Assembly: GCF_009914755.1 (NCBI RefSeq) | Contig: NC_060930.1 | Origin: the human T2T-CHM13v2.0 reference genome, Homo sapiens | Strand: one strand, 5' to 3' | DNA: 64,000 nucleotides | Shown: positions 43,015 to 56,840 of the stretch, piece by piece | Layout: each line of letters opens with the position of its first letter | Numbering within the stretch: the first letter of the stretch is position 1 | Made by a program: the position numbers and the translations under genes | Notes under the pieces: model-generated | The model's input: the letters and a program-made list of their open reading frames with translations, nothing else | What the model was told of the DNA's origin: nothing | The model's database searches: none

Positions 43015-43618
43015 TGTGTCCAGAGCTGGTTCCTGCTGGTGGGTTCATGGTCTGGCTGACTTCAAGAATGGAGCTGCGGACCTTCACAGTGAGTGTTACA
43101 GCTTTTAAAGATGGCACAGACCCAAAGAGAGAATGGTAGCAAGGTTTATTGTGAAGAGCGAAAGGACAAAGCTCCCACAGTATGGAAGGGGATCTGAGCA
43201 GGTTGCCACTGCTGACTGGGGTGACCAGCTTTTATTTCCTTATTGGTCCCTCCCATGTTCCATTTCCATCCTATCAGAGTACCCTTTTTTCAATCCTCCC
43301 CACGATTGGCTACTTTTAGAATCCTGCTGATTGGTGCATTTTACAGAGCGCTGATTGGTGCATTTTATGATCCCCTTGCTAGCTACAGAGTGCTGATTGG
43401 CGTGTTTTTACAGAGCGCTGATTAGTGCATTTTACAATCCCCTTGCTAGTACACAGTGATGATTGGTGCTTTTTTACAGAACACTGATTGGTGCATTTTA
43501 CAATCTTCTTTAAAGACAGGAAAGTTCCTGACTGGTGCATTTTACAATCCTCTTGTAAGACAGGGAAGTTCCCCAAGTCCCCACTCGACCCAGGAAGTCC
43601 AGCTGGCCTCACCTCTCA
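43015..43618 (-). mobile_element. Solo LTR12 (ERV9; LTR12F-like)
   Basis: TGTGTCCAGAGCTGGTTCC...GACTTCAAGAATGGAGCTGCGGACC...repeated CTGATTGGTGCATTTTAC...CCAGCTGGCCTCACCTCTCA. Perfect TSD TTAG (43011-43014 / 43619-43622). Confidence 0.95.
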
Positions 43619-45216
43619 TTAGGATTATGAACATTTCAGTTATCTTTACCATAAAATGTGAGTTATGACTCAAGGTCCTTTTTTTTTCATGTGGATGCTC
43701 AGTTATTTCAACTCTATTTGTTGAAATGACTGCATTTTCCTTGTTGAATTACTATTGTTAATTATCAGTTGGTAATAATAATGTGTGTCTATTTCTGGAC
43801 ATCTTATTGTTTCATAGATCTTTGAGTTTGTTGTTCTTTACCAAAACCACACTTTCTTGATTACTGTAGCTTTAGAGTATACTATAGTACAGTATGCTAA
43901 ATCTTATATTTCACTTGTGTGACTACAACTTTCTCCACTTTGATAATTTTCTTAGTCATTTTAATTTGTCTGCCCTTCCATATAAAATTTAAAATCAGCT
44001 TATCTATATTAATTTTTAAAAACTTACTTGTATTTTGGTTGGTATTGTGTTACATCTGTAGATAAATTTGGGGAGAATTTATGTGTTTACTCTGTGAGAT
44101 TTTCTAATCCATGAACACAAGAAGTCTTTCTATTTATTTAGGCCTTCTTTGCTTTCTTTTGTCAATGTTTTATAGTTTTCAGCAGAACAATCTTGTACAT
44201 ATATTGTTATTATATCTAAATATTTTATTTCTTAAAGCTAATGTAAATGGCTTAATTTATATAATTTAATTATTGATATATTTGAATGTATATCACTTTG
44301 CTACTTTGTAATATTTTTCCTATTTTTATGAGTTCTTTGTTTCTATTTTCCTGCATCTTCTGCCTTAGTTTGGACTGTTTTTTTTGGTGATTCCATTTTT
44401 GTTAGTACACTGGCTCCATTTAAATTTTTAAATTGTTCTAAGTTTTACAATACACATCTTTAACATCACAATTTACTTCAAACCATTTTAAACTGCTCAG
44501 AACATTATGCAAGCAATTTACTCCAGTATACTTTTATCTTCATCTTCCTCTCTTTTTCTGCTATTTTTGTTGTAGATTCTACTTCTACATATGTTATACA
44601 TTCAAACAATACATTGTTACTAATGTTTAAACTGTCACTTACTCTTAAAAGAAATTGAAAAATAAGAAAACGTACTGCATTCATCATTCCTTTGTTTCCA
44701 TATATTTTTAAAAACTAACTTATTTTTAAGGAAGTTTACAAATGACAAATTCTTAACTTTTCTGTGTCTAAGTTTACTTTGCCTTCATTTCTGAAATATA
44801 ATTTTGATGATGAGATAATTTAAGGTGACACTTTTGTTCAGAATTTAAAACTTCATTCCGTTGTTATCTTGCTTGCAGTTTCTGATGGGATAGGTACTAT
44901 CATTTTTATCTTTGTTTCTCTCCATGTAAGGCTTCTTTCTGGGCTTCTAACAAAATTTCTTTTTCACTGGTTTTCAGCAATGACATTCTATTGTGCATTG
45001 TTTTAGGTTTTCTATATTTTTAACCCACTTGATGCTCATTGACCTTCATAAATCTGTGGGTTTTTAGTTTACATCTATTTTGGAAGAATTCCAATTATTA
45101 TTACTTTAAATATGCTTTCCATTTTGCCCCTTTCGAGGAATCTATAAATGTGTGTGTTATATTGTTTGATATTGTATCACAGGAGAATGAGACATCTTTA
45201 TAACATTGTCCTTTAT

Positions 45217-45530
<314 letters not shown>

Positions 45531-46928
45531 AACATTGTTCTTTATAATTATCTTCATATCTTTGTGTTCACTAACTTTTTTTTACTGTGCCTAACCTGCT
45601 ATTTTTCTTATCCATTGAATTTTTCATTACATTTCATTTTGATATATTCTATTTTCTTTTTCATGTTTTCTTTTAAATACTTGAATATATTTATAATAGC
45701 AGTTTTAACACTTTTGTTTCCTAATCTCATCTCTAATATTTCTTAATTATTTTTAATTTATATGTTTCCTGAACATTTTTACATTTTCTTAATTCCGGAT
45801 CTGTCTACTAATGTTTGATTACATATTACACATCACAATTTTTATATATGTAGTATTTTTATAAGGATTTTATTGTCTTTTTTTAAAGGCCATTGGTTTT
45901 TGTCCAACTTATCAGTTGAATTACTTTTATTTTTTCTTTTGATGCTATTTTAATAAAAATTTATGAGTGTGGGTCTAGAGTAGCCTTAATTCTAGGGATA
46001 GCTTTAGCCAATACCAAGGTGTAGGCCTTCTAGTGTCTCTACTGCATGCCTGAAGTGAACGTTGAGGGCTCTCTTCTCTTGATGATAGGAATTAGAAATA
46101 ATTTTCAACCCTGTTTAAGCTTTGAGAACTGTTCAGCTCACATCTCCTCAGTCATTCTTTGACTAATCTCCTAGAGTTTCACCCAATGCACTCACATCTT
46201 GGTAGTCATTAAAAATGTAAGAGGACCACTGTTTAGATTTTATTCTGCATAACTCCTTTCATTGTGGAACTCTGCCCTGTAGTTTCCAGCAGCCTCAGAC
46301 TTCTGGAATGCCAACATGTGTTTCCTCAACTCGGTCTACCATATTCAAGTTTTTATTACCTTCCCTACCCTGTAGCTCTAAGTGAAACTTCAGGCAAAAA
46401 GTAGGGCAACCTCAAGGCCATCTCGTTTGTTCCTCCCATTTCAGATATCACAGCCCTGTGCTGCCTATTGTCCAGTGTCTGAAATGTTTGTTTTATACAG
46501 TATGTCAATTTTTAAAAATTACCTAAAGCATTAGAGTAAATCCATCTCTATTACTCTAATAAGGTCAAAAACTATTCTGAAATTGTGTTCCTTTCTGAGA
46601 GAAAACATGTTTCCAAAAATATCATATATTTTGGAGTCCATTGTTGGCTATGTTTTCCAAACTTGGGGTATAAATTTATTCCATATCTGCTTATTGGGTA
46701 CCTCAATAGTAATATGTGAAAGGTAAGAATTTAAAGGATTTTTAAGATTTCTGATTGCTCTGGTATTCAATTTGGCTTTATAATGTGTATATATATATAT
46801 ATATTTTACATAGAATTAGTAGTTTGATAAGAGAAATTAGTGCTTTGGGCTTATGAAAGCAGTATAATATGACAACTAACTGAGTCTGAATTATTACTGA
46901 CATGACTGGAGCCTGGCTCTTTCACTAC

Positions 46929-47410
46929 TGTCTTAATCTGTTTGGGTTGCTATAACAGAATACCTGAGACTGAGTAACTTATAAGGAATTAAAGTTAATT
47001 TTCTCATAGTTCTGGAGGCTGAGAAGTCAAAGACCAACCTGAGACTGAGTAACTTATAAGGAATTAAAGTTAATTTTCTCATAGTTCTGGAGGCTGAGAA
47101 GTCAAAGACCAAGGCACTGGCAGGTTTAGTTGTCTTACGAGGGTCCACTCTCTGCATCTAAGGTGGCAGGTTAAATGCTGCATCCTCTGGAAGGGAGGAA
47201 GCCCGTGTCTTCACATGGCAATAGGTTGAAGGGCACAAAGGGACAAACTCCCTTGGCAAAGCCATTTTGTAAGGACACTTAATCTCATTTACGAGGGCTT
47301 TGTCTTCATGACTCATTCACTTCCCAGAGGACGCACCTTCCAATACTATTACTTTGAGGATTGAATTTTAACATGAATTTTGGAGAGTACAAAAACATCA
47401 AGGCATAGCA
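46929..47410 (-). mobile_element. MaLR LTR (MSTB1/C/D-like) inserted in a MIR
   Basis: TGTCTTAATCTGTTTGGGTTGCTATAACAGAATACCTGAGACT...ACATGAATTTTGGAG...CATAGCA. MIR core CTGTAAAATGAGGATAATAA follows at ~47491. Confidence 0.85.
46962..47111. repeat. Perfect 75-bp tandem duplication
   Basis: 46962-47036 is identical to 47037-47111. Confidence 0.98.
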
Positions 47411-48249
47411 CTTATAAGCCATAAGGACTTGTATAATTTTGTGGAAAATTACACAAATTACTCATACTCTCCATCCCTCACATTGCTCAGCTGTAAAATG
47501 AGGATAATAAAAGTACCTGCTTTACAGTGTTTGAATTACTTAATCAAATTAACTATATTTGCTGCACTTGGTGTTTTATAGTCATCGGGGATGCCTTGCT
47601 GCAGAATCTTAGGGACATCATTCACACTGTATTCTATTTTTTAGCACTCAGTTAATATTATCATTTGTTATTTTTCTTATTAACATTGCATGTGGGAGAC
47701 ATACTTCTGTACAAAATAAAACCTATATATATAAATTTAACTTCAGGCCATATAAAATATTTAGTCTTCTCTGCCAATTGTTTGTGCATTTTATTTTTTC
47801 AATTTACTTTAAGATTAAAAGATTTTTTTCCTCCTAAAATCCTATTTCATCATCTAAATTTTATCATTTTCAAGAAGTGGTAATATTAGCACACAGTTTT
47901 CTCTAATTTTGTATATTATAAATAAGTTCCTATAAAGTTATATGTAAATCAAATATTAGAAACAAACCCTTGAAAGGCTTACTAGTTAAAACAAAAGTAC
48001 ATTATTTAGTTACTCAAGTAAAATTTTTCTATAACTTATATTGATGCCCAATTAAAGTTTTTCTGTTTTTCTCCCTGTTTGATACTGACAGTAATCACAG
48101 AGAATAAGAACAATTACTCATAGGGAAAAGTCAATTAGATATATAACAAATCTGTCAACAGCTACACTGAGGCTAGAGCACAGAATAACACATGTTCAGG
48201 GAAAGAAAAGTCAAAATAAAACTGTAAAACCCCAAAAAAGGAATATTTC

Positions 48250-49740
48250 AAAAAAGATGTGACCACTTGTGTCAAATATTGGGTTTTTGTTAAAATTGAT
48301 CATTGCATTTAGTAATGTAGAGTCATAGATGACCTCGACAAACAATTTTGATAAAGTGTTTAGAAAAATATCTGATTATTTTCAAATAGAATTAGAAAAG
48401 GAAATTGGAAGTAAATATCACATATGAAACTTCTTTATAGTGTTTTACTTTAAGAAATTAAGAAATGTGAGTTTTTAGCTAGAATGTAAAGTGAACAGAG
48501 GATTTGCATGCGTGTCTTCTCTGTGAGAGAAATAATAGCATTTCTCCAGACTAATAATATTGATCTAGTAAAGAGAGAAAAATTGTTTTTGCGGAATAGT
48601 CAGAAAAAAAATATCCTGGAGAAATGTCTTTGATGTGTTTATTTTAAAGCTGTTGGTATTGGACTGTGGAAATGTTCTTCTGGAGGATAAGAACAGGGAT
48701 GCGATGTTGGGGTTTAATGAGAAAAGATAAAGTATGAGAAAAGTTATCTGTTAGAGTGAAATAATAAATGGCCCAGGAAAATACAATAGGCTCATATGGC
48801 ATCCTTAAAGAGTCACTTGAAGCTAGTGATCATGAATTTCAAGTGACACTAGGCGGCATTGTTGAAAGTTTTCTTCCAGCCATATGCTTCTAGGTGAAGT
48901 GAGCCACAGATATCTGGCTGTGCGGAGTATATAAAGAGATGGCTTAATGAGAAACACATTTTTAACAATTAAGTGCAAAAATGGGTAAAATAGGTTGAGG
49001 ATACATGAAAGGAAGCAAGTATAATGACTGACTAAGATAAGAAAGAAGACAAGAACAGACATTAGAGGTACGAAAGAAAGGGAAAATATGGTAAATGCAA
49101 CTGATTCAAGATAATTGTGAGGTTACTGCAGTCTACAGATGGATTGATCACTATGAGTGGGTTGCATATGTTTGTAATGATAAAGTCAAGGGTATGACCA
49201 CAGCAGGGAATGGCTGACATAAGATTGAAGACATGACCATTGGAGGAGACATGGGACGAAGATACCAGAGTATTGGAAAGAATCAGCAAAATAGAGCCAA
49301 GTGCAATGACTCATGCCTGTAATCCTAGCTACTCAGGAGGCTGAGGTGGGAGGATCCCTGGAGCCCACGAGTTCAAAGCTGTACTGAGCTATTCACACCA
49401 CTGCACTCCATCATGGGTAACAGAACAACACTCTAGCTCTTAAAAAAAAAAAAAAAGATTCATCAAAATGGACAGACATTGTTGAAATAATTTTTAAGAA
49501 CTATGACAATAGTTTTTCTGGAAAGACTGACAGTGATCTAAGAGGAGTAAGGTAGAATGGTAGGTGATTGGGTGTTGTAGTCTGGTGACATTATATACAA
49601 AGATTAGTGGTTTTATAGGGATAAAAGAGAGAGTAGACAGTAACAAGTGATTATTAGCGAAGAGGACACCAACCTTACCTGCAGACCCCACCTCTGACAT
49701 GGGGTGTGAGGGGTTTGAGAATGACAACATTCACCACTTG
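48250..49740 (-). mobile_element. L2 LINE fragment
   Basis: Purine-rich antisense L2-like sequence, e.g. TGTGTCAAAT...CATTGCATTTAGTAATGTAGAGTCATAGATGACCT; AGGGTATGACCACAGCAG. Confidence 0.65.
49295..49453 (+). mobile_element. Alu monomer (FRAM/AluJ right arm)
   Basis: ~160-bp monomer with A tail. Degenerate TSD AAAGAATCAGCAAAATAG / AAAGATTCATCAAAATGG. Confidence 0.88.
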
Positions 49741-50363
49741 AGATTAACACAAAAAATGATTATTCATTTAAGTGAGTGCACACACACACATACACACACA
49801 CACAATCATGTTTCTGGATACAAAAATTCTTAACAAATTCTGAAAAACTCAAGTTATACACACTACAAGCTGTGCTCTCTGACTATAATGCAATAAAATT
49901 TAAAAAATTGTATAATCAAAGTTAAACTCAATTTTCCCATGTACTTAGAAACTAGAAATCACATTTTAAGTTTGAGGGTTAAAACAGAAATTATTATTAC
50001 AACTATGTAATATTTGGAGCTCATTTAAATGAAATCATCATATATAAAGGCAAGCATTATATAACAAAAATTATACTTAGAAGAAAAATGTGTACCCATA
50101 ATGTATGTATTAAACAATGAGTAACATTACTTTCTAAAAACATAACCACCCTGTTAGGCACTTTCTAATTCTTAAAGAAATGTCACATTATAGATATTTA
50201 GCTGATTTTATTAAACAGCCAAGGGCTCAGAGAGACTTAGCACCTCAGTCACGAAGCTACTTAGAAGCAAAGGGCAAAGGTTGGATTTGATTTTATATCT
50301 GTTTTATAATCCGCCAATCATACTGCAGGGAAATGAATACATAGCCTTAGCATGCTGAACTTA

Positions 50364-50685
50364 CTAGTCATGCATCACTTAACTAAGAGATACATTCTGA
50401 GAAATGTGTGGTCGGGCAATTTCGTCATGATGTGACCGTCACAGAGTGTACCTATGCAAACCTAGATGGTAGAGCCTATCATACCTGGACTATACGGCAT
50501 AACCTGTTGTTCACAGGCTACAAACCTGTACAGCACATTACTGTAATGAATGTTGTAGGTAGTTGTAGCACAATATAAAGTATTTGTGTATCTCAACATA
50601 GAAAAGCTACAGAGAAAATAATATATTATGATTTTATGGTACTACATGTGGTTCTTCATTGACAGAAACATGCAGCACATGATTG
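50364..50685 (+). mobile_element. Tigger3a (MER7A) DNA transposon
   Basis: AGTCATGCATCACTTAAC...TACATTCTGAGAAATG...AAACCTAGATGGTA...GGCTACAAACCTGTACAGCA...GCAGCACATGATTG. Confidence 0.88.
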
Positions 50686-50690
50686 TACTT

Positions 50691-50997
50691 GTTCGCCTGT
50701 TTGTTTGTTTGTTTTTGAGACAGAGTCTTGTTCTGTCACCCAGGCTGGAATGCAGTGGCATGATCTCAGCTCACTGCAACCTCCGCCTTCTGAGTTCAAG
50801 TGATTCTTGTGCCTCAGTCTCCCCAGTAGCTAGGATTACACGCATGTGCCACCACACCTGGCTAATTTTTGTATTTTTAGTAGAGACAGGGTTTCACCAT
50901 GTTGGCAGGCTGGTCTCAAACTGCAGACTTCAAGTGGTCTGGCTGCCTCGGCCTCCCACAATGCTGGGATTACGGGCATGAGCCACCGTGCCCAGCC
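50691..50997 (-). mobile_element. Alu (S/J-type)
   Basis: (TTTG)n tail. TSD ACATGATTGTACTT (50677-50690) / ACAAGACTGTACTT (50998-51011). Confidence 0.95.
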
Positions 50998-52596
50998 ACA
51001 AGACTGTACTTCTTTCCACAAAACCATAGTCTTTCTTTCCCTCCGAGAATGACTTGTTCTCCATCCTAACATCCAACCAGAGGAAGATCGCTGTCCCAGT
51101 ATTTAGACATGGATTCTGATGACTTACATATGTGTATATATATTTAGATATAATGTTAGCCTCCCATTTCCTCCCTGATAAAGCTCTGTTGTGTGATGGG
51201 AAATGAATGACTCCCATCAGATTGGATAACTTTGGCTTGCCTAAAGTGCAAGGACTACATACTGCTGCAAGTGCCTCAAAGAAAGTTCATAGAACTCTTT
51301 GTTTCTGACCATTTTGTGATGTCATTTTCTGAAAATTCACATTTCTGTGTCTCCTGTTGACTAGAATAATACAAAATCTGGAACAATTTGCTACTTTCTT
51401 ATCGAAAGTGTTTTGCTGCTGCTTCCCTAGTGGCCTTGTTCCCTGCAGAGCACTCTGAATTGCATGATGCATTTTGCTTTTAGAGAAACAATATTTTCAT
51501 GGTCTAAAATCATTACTTGGTAAGGAAGAACTTAATGTTTGTTCCATAATGCATTTGGCTCAGAAAACTTATATTTCTTTTTCCATATTTTTCTTTCTCT
51601 ATAAAAGTCCAATTATAATTAGGAAGGGTGTTTCTCCACAACCACCTTATTTCTTTCTCTTGCCGTTGTTGAACCTACTCAATAAGTAAAAGCAAAACAA
51701 AAACAACAATGACACAATAATTTAAATAAAAAGGAAAAGGGGCAAGTTTTAAAATTTGCTTTTCAAAAATTTAGAGGCTTCAAAATGGGACTGTTCTTTT
51801 CCTGCCTGTATCTTATTTGGTATTAGCATTTAAACAATATCCAGTAAAACAATGCATTTGCATTACTACATTTCTATTTAGGAAGCAAATAAACATTAAT
51901 TTCTTTGTGGAAAAATATGCATATTTTAGAACTACAGATATTACAGTGAAATAATTAAACCCAAGTTAATGAAAGTTGAGAATTACTATACATAATTACT
52001 AAATATAAAAATCAGAGAGATCTAAATCATGGTATTTCCAATATTTTCAGCTTCCCAAATATTTGGAATGTTTCAGACCAAGTGAATTTCCCTGTTTTAT
52101 CTATGTTGAGAAATGTTTTACTTCATGTCTTTTTGCTTTATGTTCAAGTATTTTTTCTTCCACTGATCATTTACAAAAGCTTCCACAAGAGATAAGAAAC
52201 CCTGTGTGATCACAAAAAGAATTGATAGATGTTGGATGACTTTTTAGTTTTATGTATTTTTGTAGTTGTTTCGAAATGCATCATTATATTTCTTAATAAC
52301 TTTCAGCAGAAATCTCAGACATGAAAATAACTTTGCTTACTTATGTATTCTGATTAGTTAACAAAGATACAGATGCTTGGAAGCTAGATTCCCTCGTCTA
52401 AGTAAGATATGTGTTCTTTGTGGAGAAAACTCATTGAGAAAAGCAAATGATGGATTAGAAGGTGGCTAATGAAGAAAGAATTAAAGCAAAGGCGACTGGA
52501 TGTTTTTAACAGCTCTTCCATCTGGATAATCTCACTGAATGTAACAGATAACTCTGGAAAACTTTTTTACAAGTGTGAGAAAATTAGACTATCTTA

Positions 52597-52903
52597 GGCC
52601 AGGTGCAGTGGCTCACACCTATAATCCCAGCACTTTGGGAAGTCAAGGTGGGCGGATCACCTGAGGTCAAGAGTTCAAGACCAGCTTGGCCAACATAATG
52701 AAACCCTATCTCTACTAAAAATGCAGAAATCAGCTGGGGTGTGGTGGCACACACCTCTAATCCCAGCTACTTTGGGAGGCTGACACACCAGAATCACTTG
52801 AACCTGGGAGGGGGAGGTTCTAGTGAGCTGAGATCATGCCACTGGACACCAGCCTACACACCAGCCTGTGCAACAGAGTGAGACTGTCTAAGAAAAGAAA
52901 AAG
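52597..52903 (+). mobile_element. AluSx-like
   Basis: Full dimer. TSD core TTAGACTATCTT at 52584-52595 and 52978-52989. Confidence 0.95.
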
Positions 52904-52976
52904 TTGTGCCATTGCACTCCAGCCAGGGCAACAAGAGCGAAACTCCATCTCAGAAAAAGAAAAAAGAAAAAAAAAA
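52904..52976 (+). mobile_element. Short 3' Alu fragment (Sp/Sq-type) in the tail of the preceding Alu
   Basis: TTGTGCCATTGCACTCCAGCCAGGGCAACAAGAGCGAAACTCCATCTC followed by its own A tail. Confidence 0.9.
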
Positions 52977-53867
52977 TTTAGACTATCTTTTCCTTCTAAA
53001 TAGGCTAAATAGGTAAAAGGTGGAAATTTGCTGTTGTCTTTCCATTTTCCAGATTGCTCATTGGATTGCATCCTTTATATTATGACAAAACCACTATCAA
53101 AGTCCCATTGTAATTGGTAGTGTTTTCCTGGCTTGTGTGAGGAATATTCCTGTCATTTCTTGTTTCTTAAATGTATCTCTTAATGTTATGAATCACATTC
53201 ATCAAGATGGCTTCAATGTGTCACCAATTACTCTATACATAAACACATCAAATGAGTTATTATTGCTTCCTTGTTTGTTAATTAAATAAAATAATCACAA
53301 ATTATTGCACATTTGTGTATTTTTCTTTTTCCAGCCTGCTTTCTTTTTTGTTTCATCCATAGCTTTTCCCAGCTATCAGTACACATGCCTGTCACTGCCT
53401 CTCCCTCCCACTTTCTTTGTTACTTCTAACGTGTTGCTGAGTTAGAAATTAGATTGCCAAGGTTGCTGTTGTCTGTGTACAAAATAAAAATAAATTACTC
53501 TGTGTGATGGCGTAATGGACTCTTCTACATACATTGCCTTGAATTTAGCATAAAGCAGTATTCTATTTTCTCAGGAGTGTCATGTTAAAACTGATGTCAC
53601 TGGATGTTAAAAGCTGCTTAGTATAAGAGATTTAAAAGTTGAATACAAACTTATAAATTATGGAATGAAAAAAGAGCTAAAGATGTTCCTTTACGAAACA
53701 ATTAATCAGGGCCTGGAACATGTAGAGTTCATAGTGAATAAGGAGGAGGCGAAGATTTCATTGGTATTTCCACACATACTAGGTCATGTAATTTTGTGTT
53801 GTTTTTCTTCAGAACATCTTTTAGGACAGTATTCTCAGGAGGCTAGTTTAAAAAATTTTGGCTTATG

Positions 53868-53921
53868 AACATTATGATATCCATTTTATAACTGTAATAT
53901 TAACATTATGATATCCATTTT
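53868..53921. repeat. 20-bp perfect direct repeat with 14-bp spacer
   Basis: AACATTATGATATCCATTTT at 53868-53887 and 53902-53921. Confidence 0.95.
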
Positions 53922-54124
53922 GTGCTTATTACCTGGGCTGTTTTTAAAAAAAAAAAAAAAACTCTTATTTTTAAACAAGTAATGCGTTCACATGTAACAA
54001 AGTTTGAAGGTTTTGAAAGACTAGTAGGTGAACAACGTTTCTTTCTCCTTATAAACCCCAGGCCCCCAGTTTCCCTCCTTAAAGTCAGCAATGTACATTC
54101 TTTGATTGTTCTGGAGATACATAG

Positions 54125-54521
<397 letters not shown>

Positions 54522-55609
54522 TCAAATCTTTTTCTATTACAAAATATGCTGCCAATGAATACACATATCTATAAATATAAATGTTTGCACATACATGTGA
54601 ACTGTTTAAATATGTCTGAAGTCTTACAATAGTAAGACTGTTACAGTCTTGTGTTACAGAAACATGAGTGGGTGAGAATGAGATAAATCATAAATATAAG
54701 GGAATATAAATTTCTGATTTAGGGTGTGTGTGCTTTATATATACATACATATATTTAATGTATATGTATACAAGGAGAGGGAGAAAGACTTTAAGTATTG
54801 TAAATTTTGGCATTTATAAAATATTTTATAACAGAAAAACATAAACCATTAAAGAAAAAGGAGAAGGGATTAGTGTGGAGCTTGCCTGAGTACTGGTTTG
54901 GCAGGCTTGCACGGCACATAATTAGGCAACATATTAGCACTGGCTTCTAATTCTTATCTTACGTTGTATGGATTATGGTAAACTTTCTGAAAGCTTAATC
55001 ACATGTAATGTAGGAAATTATCTGACCCTTCCCAATAATTACTATAAAGAATAAATGAAGTTACATTGGTGAAAACATTCCTAGAACTTTATTTTCAAAC
55101 ATGTTGTTTCAGAAGACTTGTGTCAGAAAAATCTTAGTTATTAAAAATCTTTAATCAGGATTAAAAAAGAGGTATGTTTCCTTAGATAAGTTTTCCCTTA
55201 TCTTGTTTTATTTTTTTTAAATATTGCATTGTCATAGACTTTTTTTTTTCCCTAAATATGTGAGGTAAGAAATCCAGGTAGCTTAGTTTATTATAGGTAC
55301 CCCCATTGTCCTGGGTATATTTGAAAGACATTCAATATTGAGGTGGGACCAAGGGAATTTCTAATGGCAGTGCATTATTCTGTTCAATCTATTGTTCTTA
55401 CATGAGTACCATGTCCCATCCATCACCTAAAGTTCTCTCCAGGCCTTGCTGTTGTGTTGTGAAATAGGCATTTGCTGTTATAGTTCTAGGATCACTGCTT
55501 ACAGCCTTCTTTGGTGTATCAAGCAGCATTCCAAAAGAAAAAGACAGACTGCTTTAAGCTCATGGATATCGTGATTATTTATTCAGAGGAGAAATGTAAG
55601 GCTATGCTT

Positions 55610-55971
55610 ATTGTCACAGAGAAAATATCTCTATTGCCAAGTTGCTCTTTTTTTTGGTGGGGGGAAGGTATATTTAACACTTCACACTGAAGATGTAACT
55701 CTCATGGCATCTTGGGGACCATCTGGTCTGAATTAGGTACAGGACAATAAAGGAGGCAGTTAATTTATAAGAAAGATCAGTGATTCGGATGGGGAGGGCC
55801 TGGCCTCTGATCTCTCCTAGTCATTTATAGAATAAAAACAATGACGAAGAGAGTTAAGCTACAATCTAAGAAGCAGAATTGCAAACCTGCTAGGTGACTC
55901 AGTCTCCAGAGCTTACCTTCCCCCTTTACATAATAAATTTAGAGAGTCCTGAAATGTTATTTTCTTTGACA
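55610..55971 (-). mobile_element. MER4-group ERV1 LTR fragment (MER49-like)
   Basis: Minus-strand start TGTCAAAGAAAATAACATTTCAGGACTCTCTAAATTTATTATG...CTGGAGACTGAGTCA. Confidence 0.6.
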
Positions 55972-55987
55972 ACTTAAATACCATAGT

Positions 55988-56362
55988 GTTGTCATCTCTC
56001 AGTAACCATGGGAGATTGATTCCAGGACCTTCCACAGATGCCAAAATCCAAGAATGCTCAATTCCTTGATATACAATGGCATGGTATTCGCATATAATCT
56101 AAGCACATCCTCCAATATACTGAAATCATCTCTAGACTACTTATGATGGCTAATACAATGTAAATACTATGTAAATAGCAGTTATATTGTATTGATTAGG
56201 GAATAAGAAAAAAAGTCTGCACATATTCAGTGTGTATGCAATTTATATATAGATAGATATACAGAAATTTTTATGTAGATATATTTTTCTTCTTTTTTTT
56301 TCCTCTCTCTGCTGTTGGTTGAATCCAAAGATGTGGAACCCATGGATACAAAGGGCTGACTG
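55988..56362 (+). mobile_element. MER2 (TcMar-Tigger MITE)
   Basis: TTCCAGGACC...CCAAAATCCAAGAATGCTCAA...GGTTGAATCCAAAGATGTGGAACCCATGGATACAAAGGGCTGACTG|TA. Confidence 0.88.
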
Positions 56363-56364
56363 TA

Positions 56365-56717
56365 TTCTGAAAAAAAGAAAGAAGGGTGTGGGCAAGACCC
56401 AGTTTAGATGAGATGGCCAGGGAAAGTAAGTTTTGCTATAGATATTTAAGTTGGTTTCTTCTCCATTGATAAGAGTCTCTAATGATTTAGTCATACTTCT
56501 CTTCCTGGTGCAGAAAGAAAGACACTTTTACTAATGGAAATTTCATTCATAGATAAAACTTTCCCCTATAAAAGGGCAATTTCTTAGAGCTTCAATGTTA
56601 CAGTTTCTCAAAATGAGCAGATCAAATTAATTCTGATGCCAGAAGGGTATATTTTAGAGTGGCATATTCTAATCTCCTACAGTCATATTTTGGTGTTATG
56701 GGTCCTAAGCCCCATCA
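56365..56717 (-). mobile_element. MER34-type ERV1 LTR fragment
   Basis: TCTTCCTGGTGCAGAAAGAAAGACAC...GTTTCTCAAAAT...ATTTTAGAGTGGCATATTCT...GCCCCATCA; antisense homologue of 58004-58300. Confidence 0.7.
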
Positions 56718-56840
56718 GTTTATTTGGGTTTTAGTTTCCTCATTTTAAATGGGTGTAAGAATTATATGTATCTCAACAACAATTGTGAAAATTAAGTGAA
56801 CTAGTATAGAAAGTACTCAAAAGGTTGCCTAGCATATAGT

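Noticed and set aside
53665-53868. 67-aa ATG ORF with protein-like composition in unique sequence
   Set aside because: No recognisable homology, short, and no supporting exon structure; within chance expectation.
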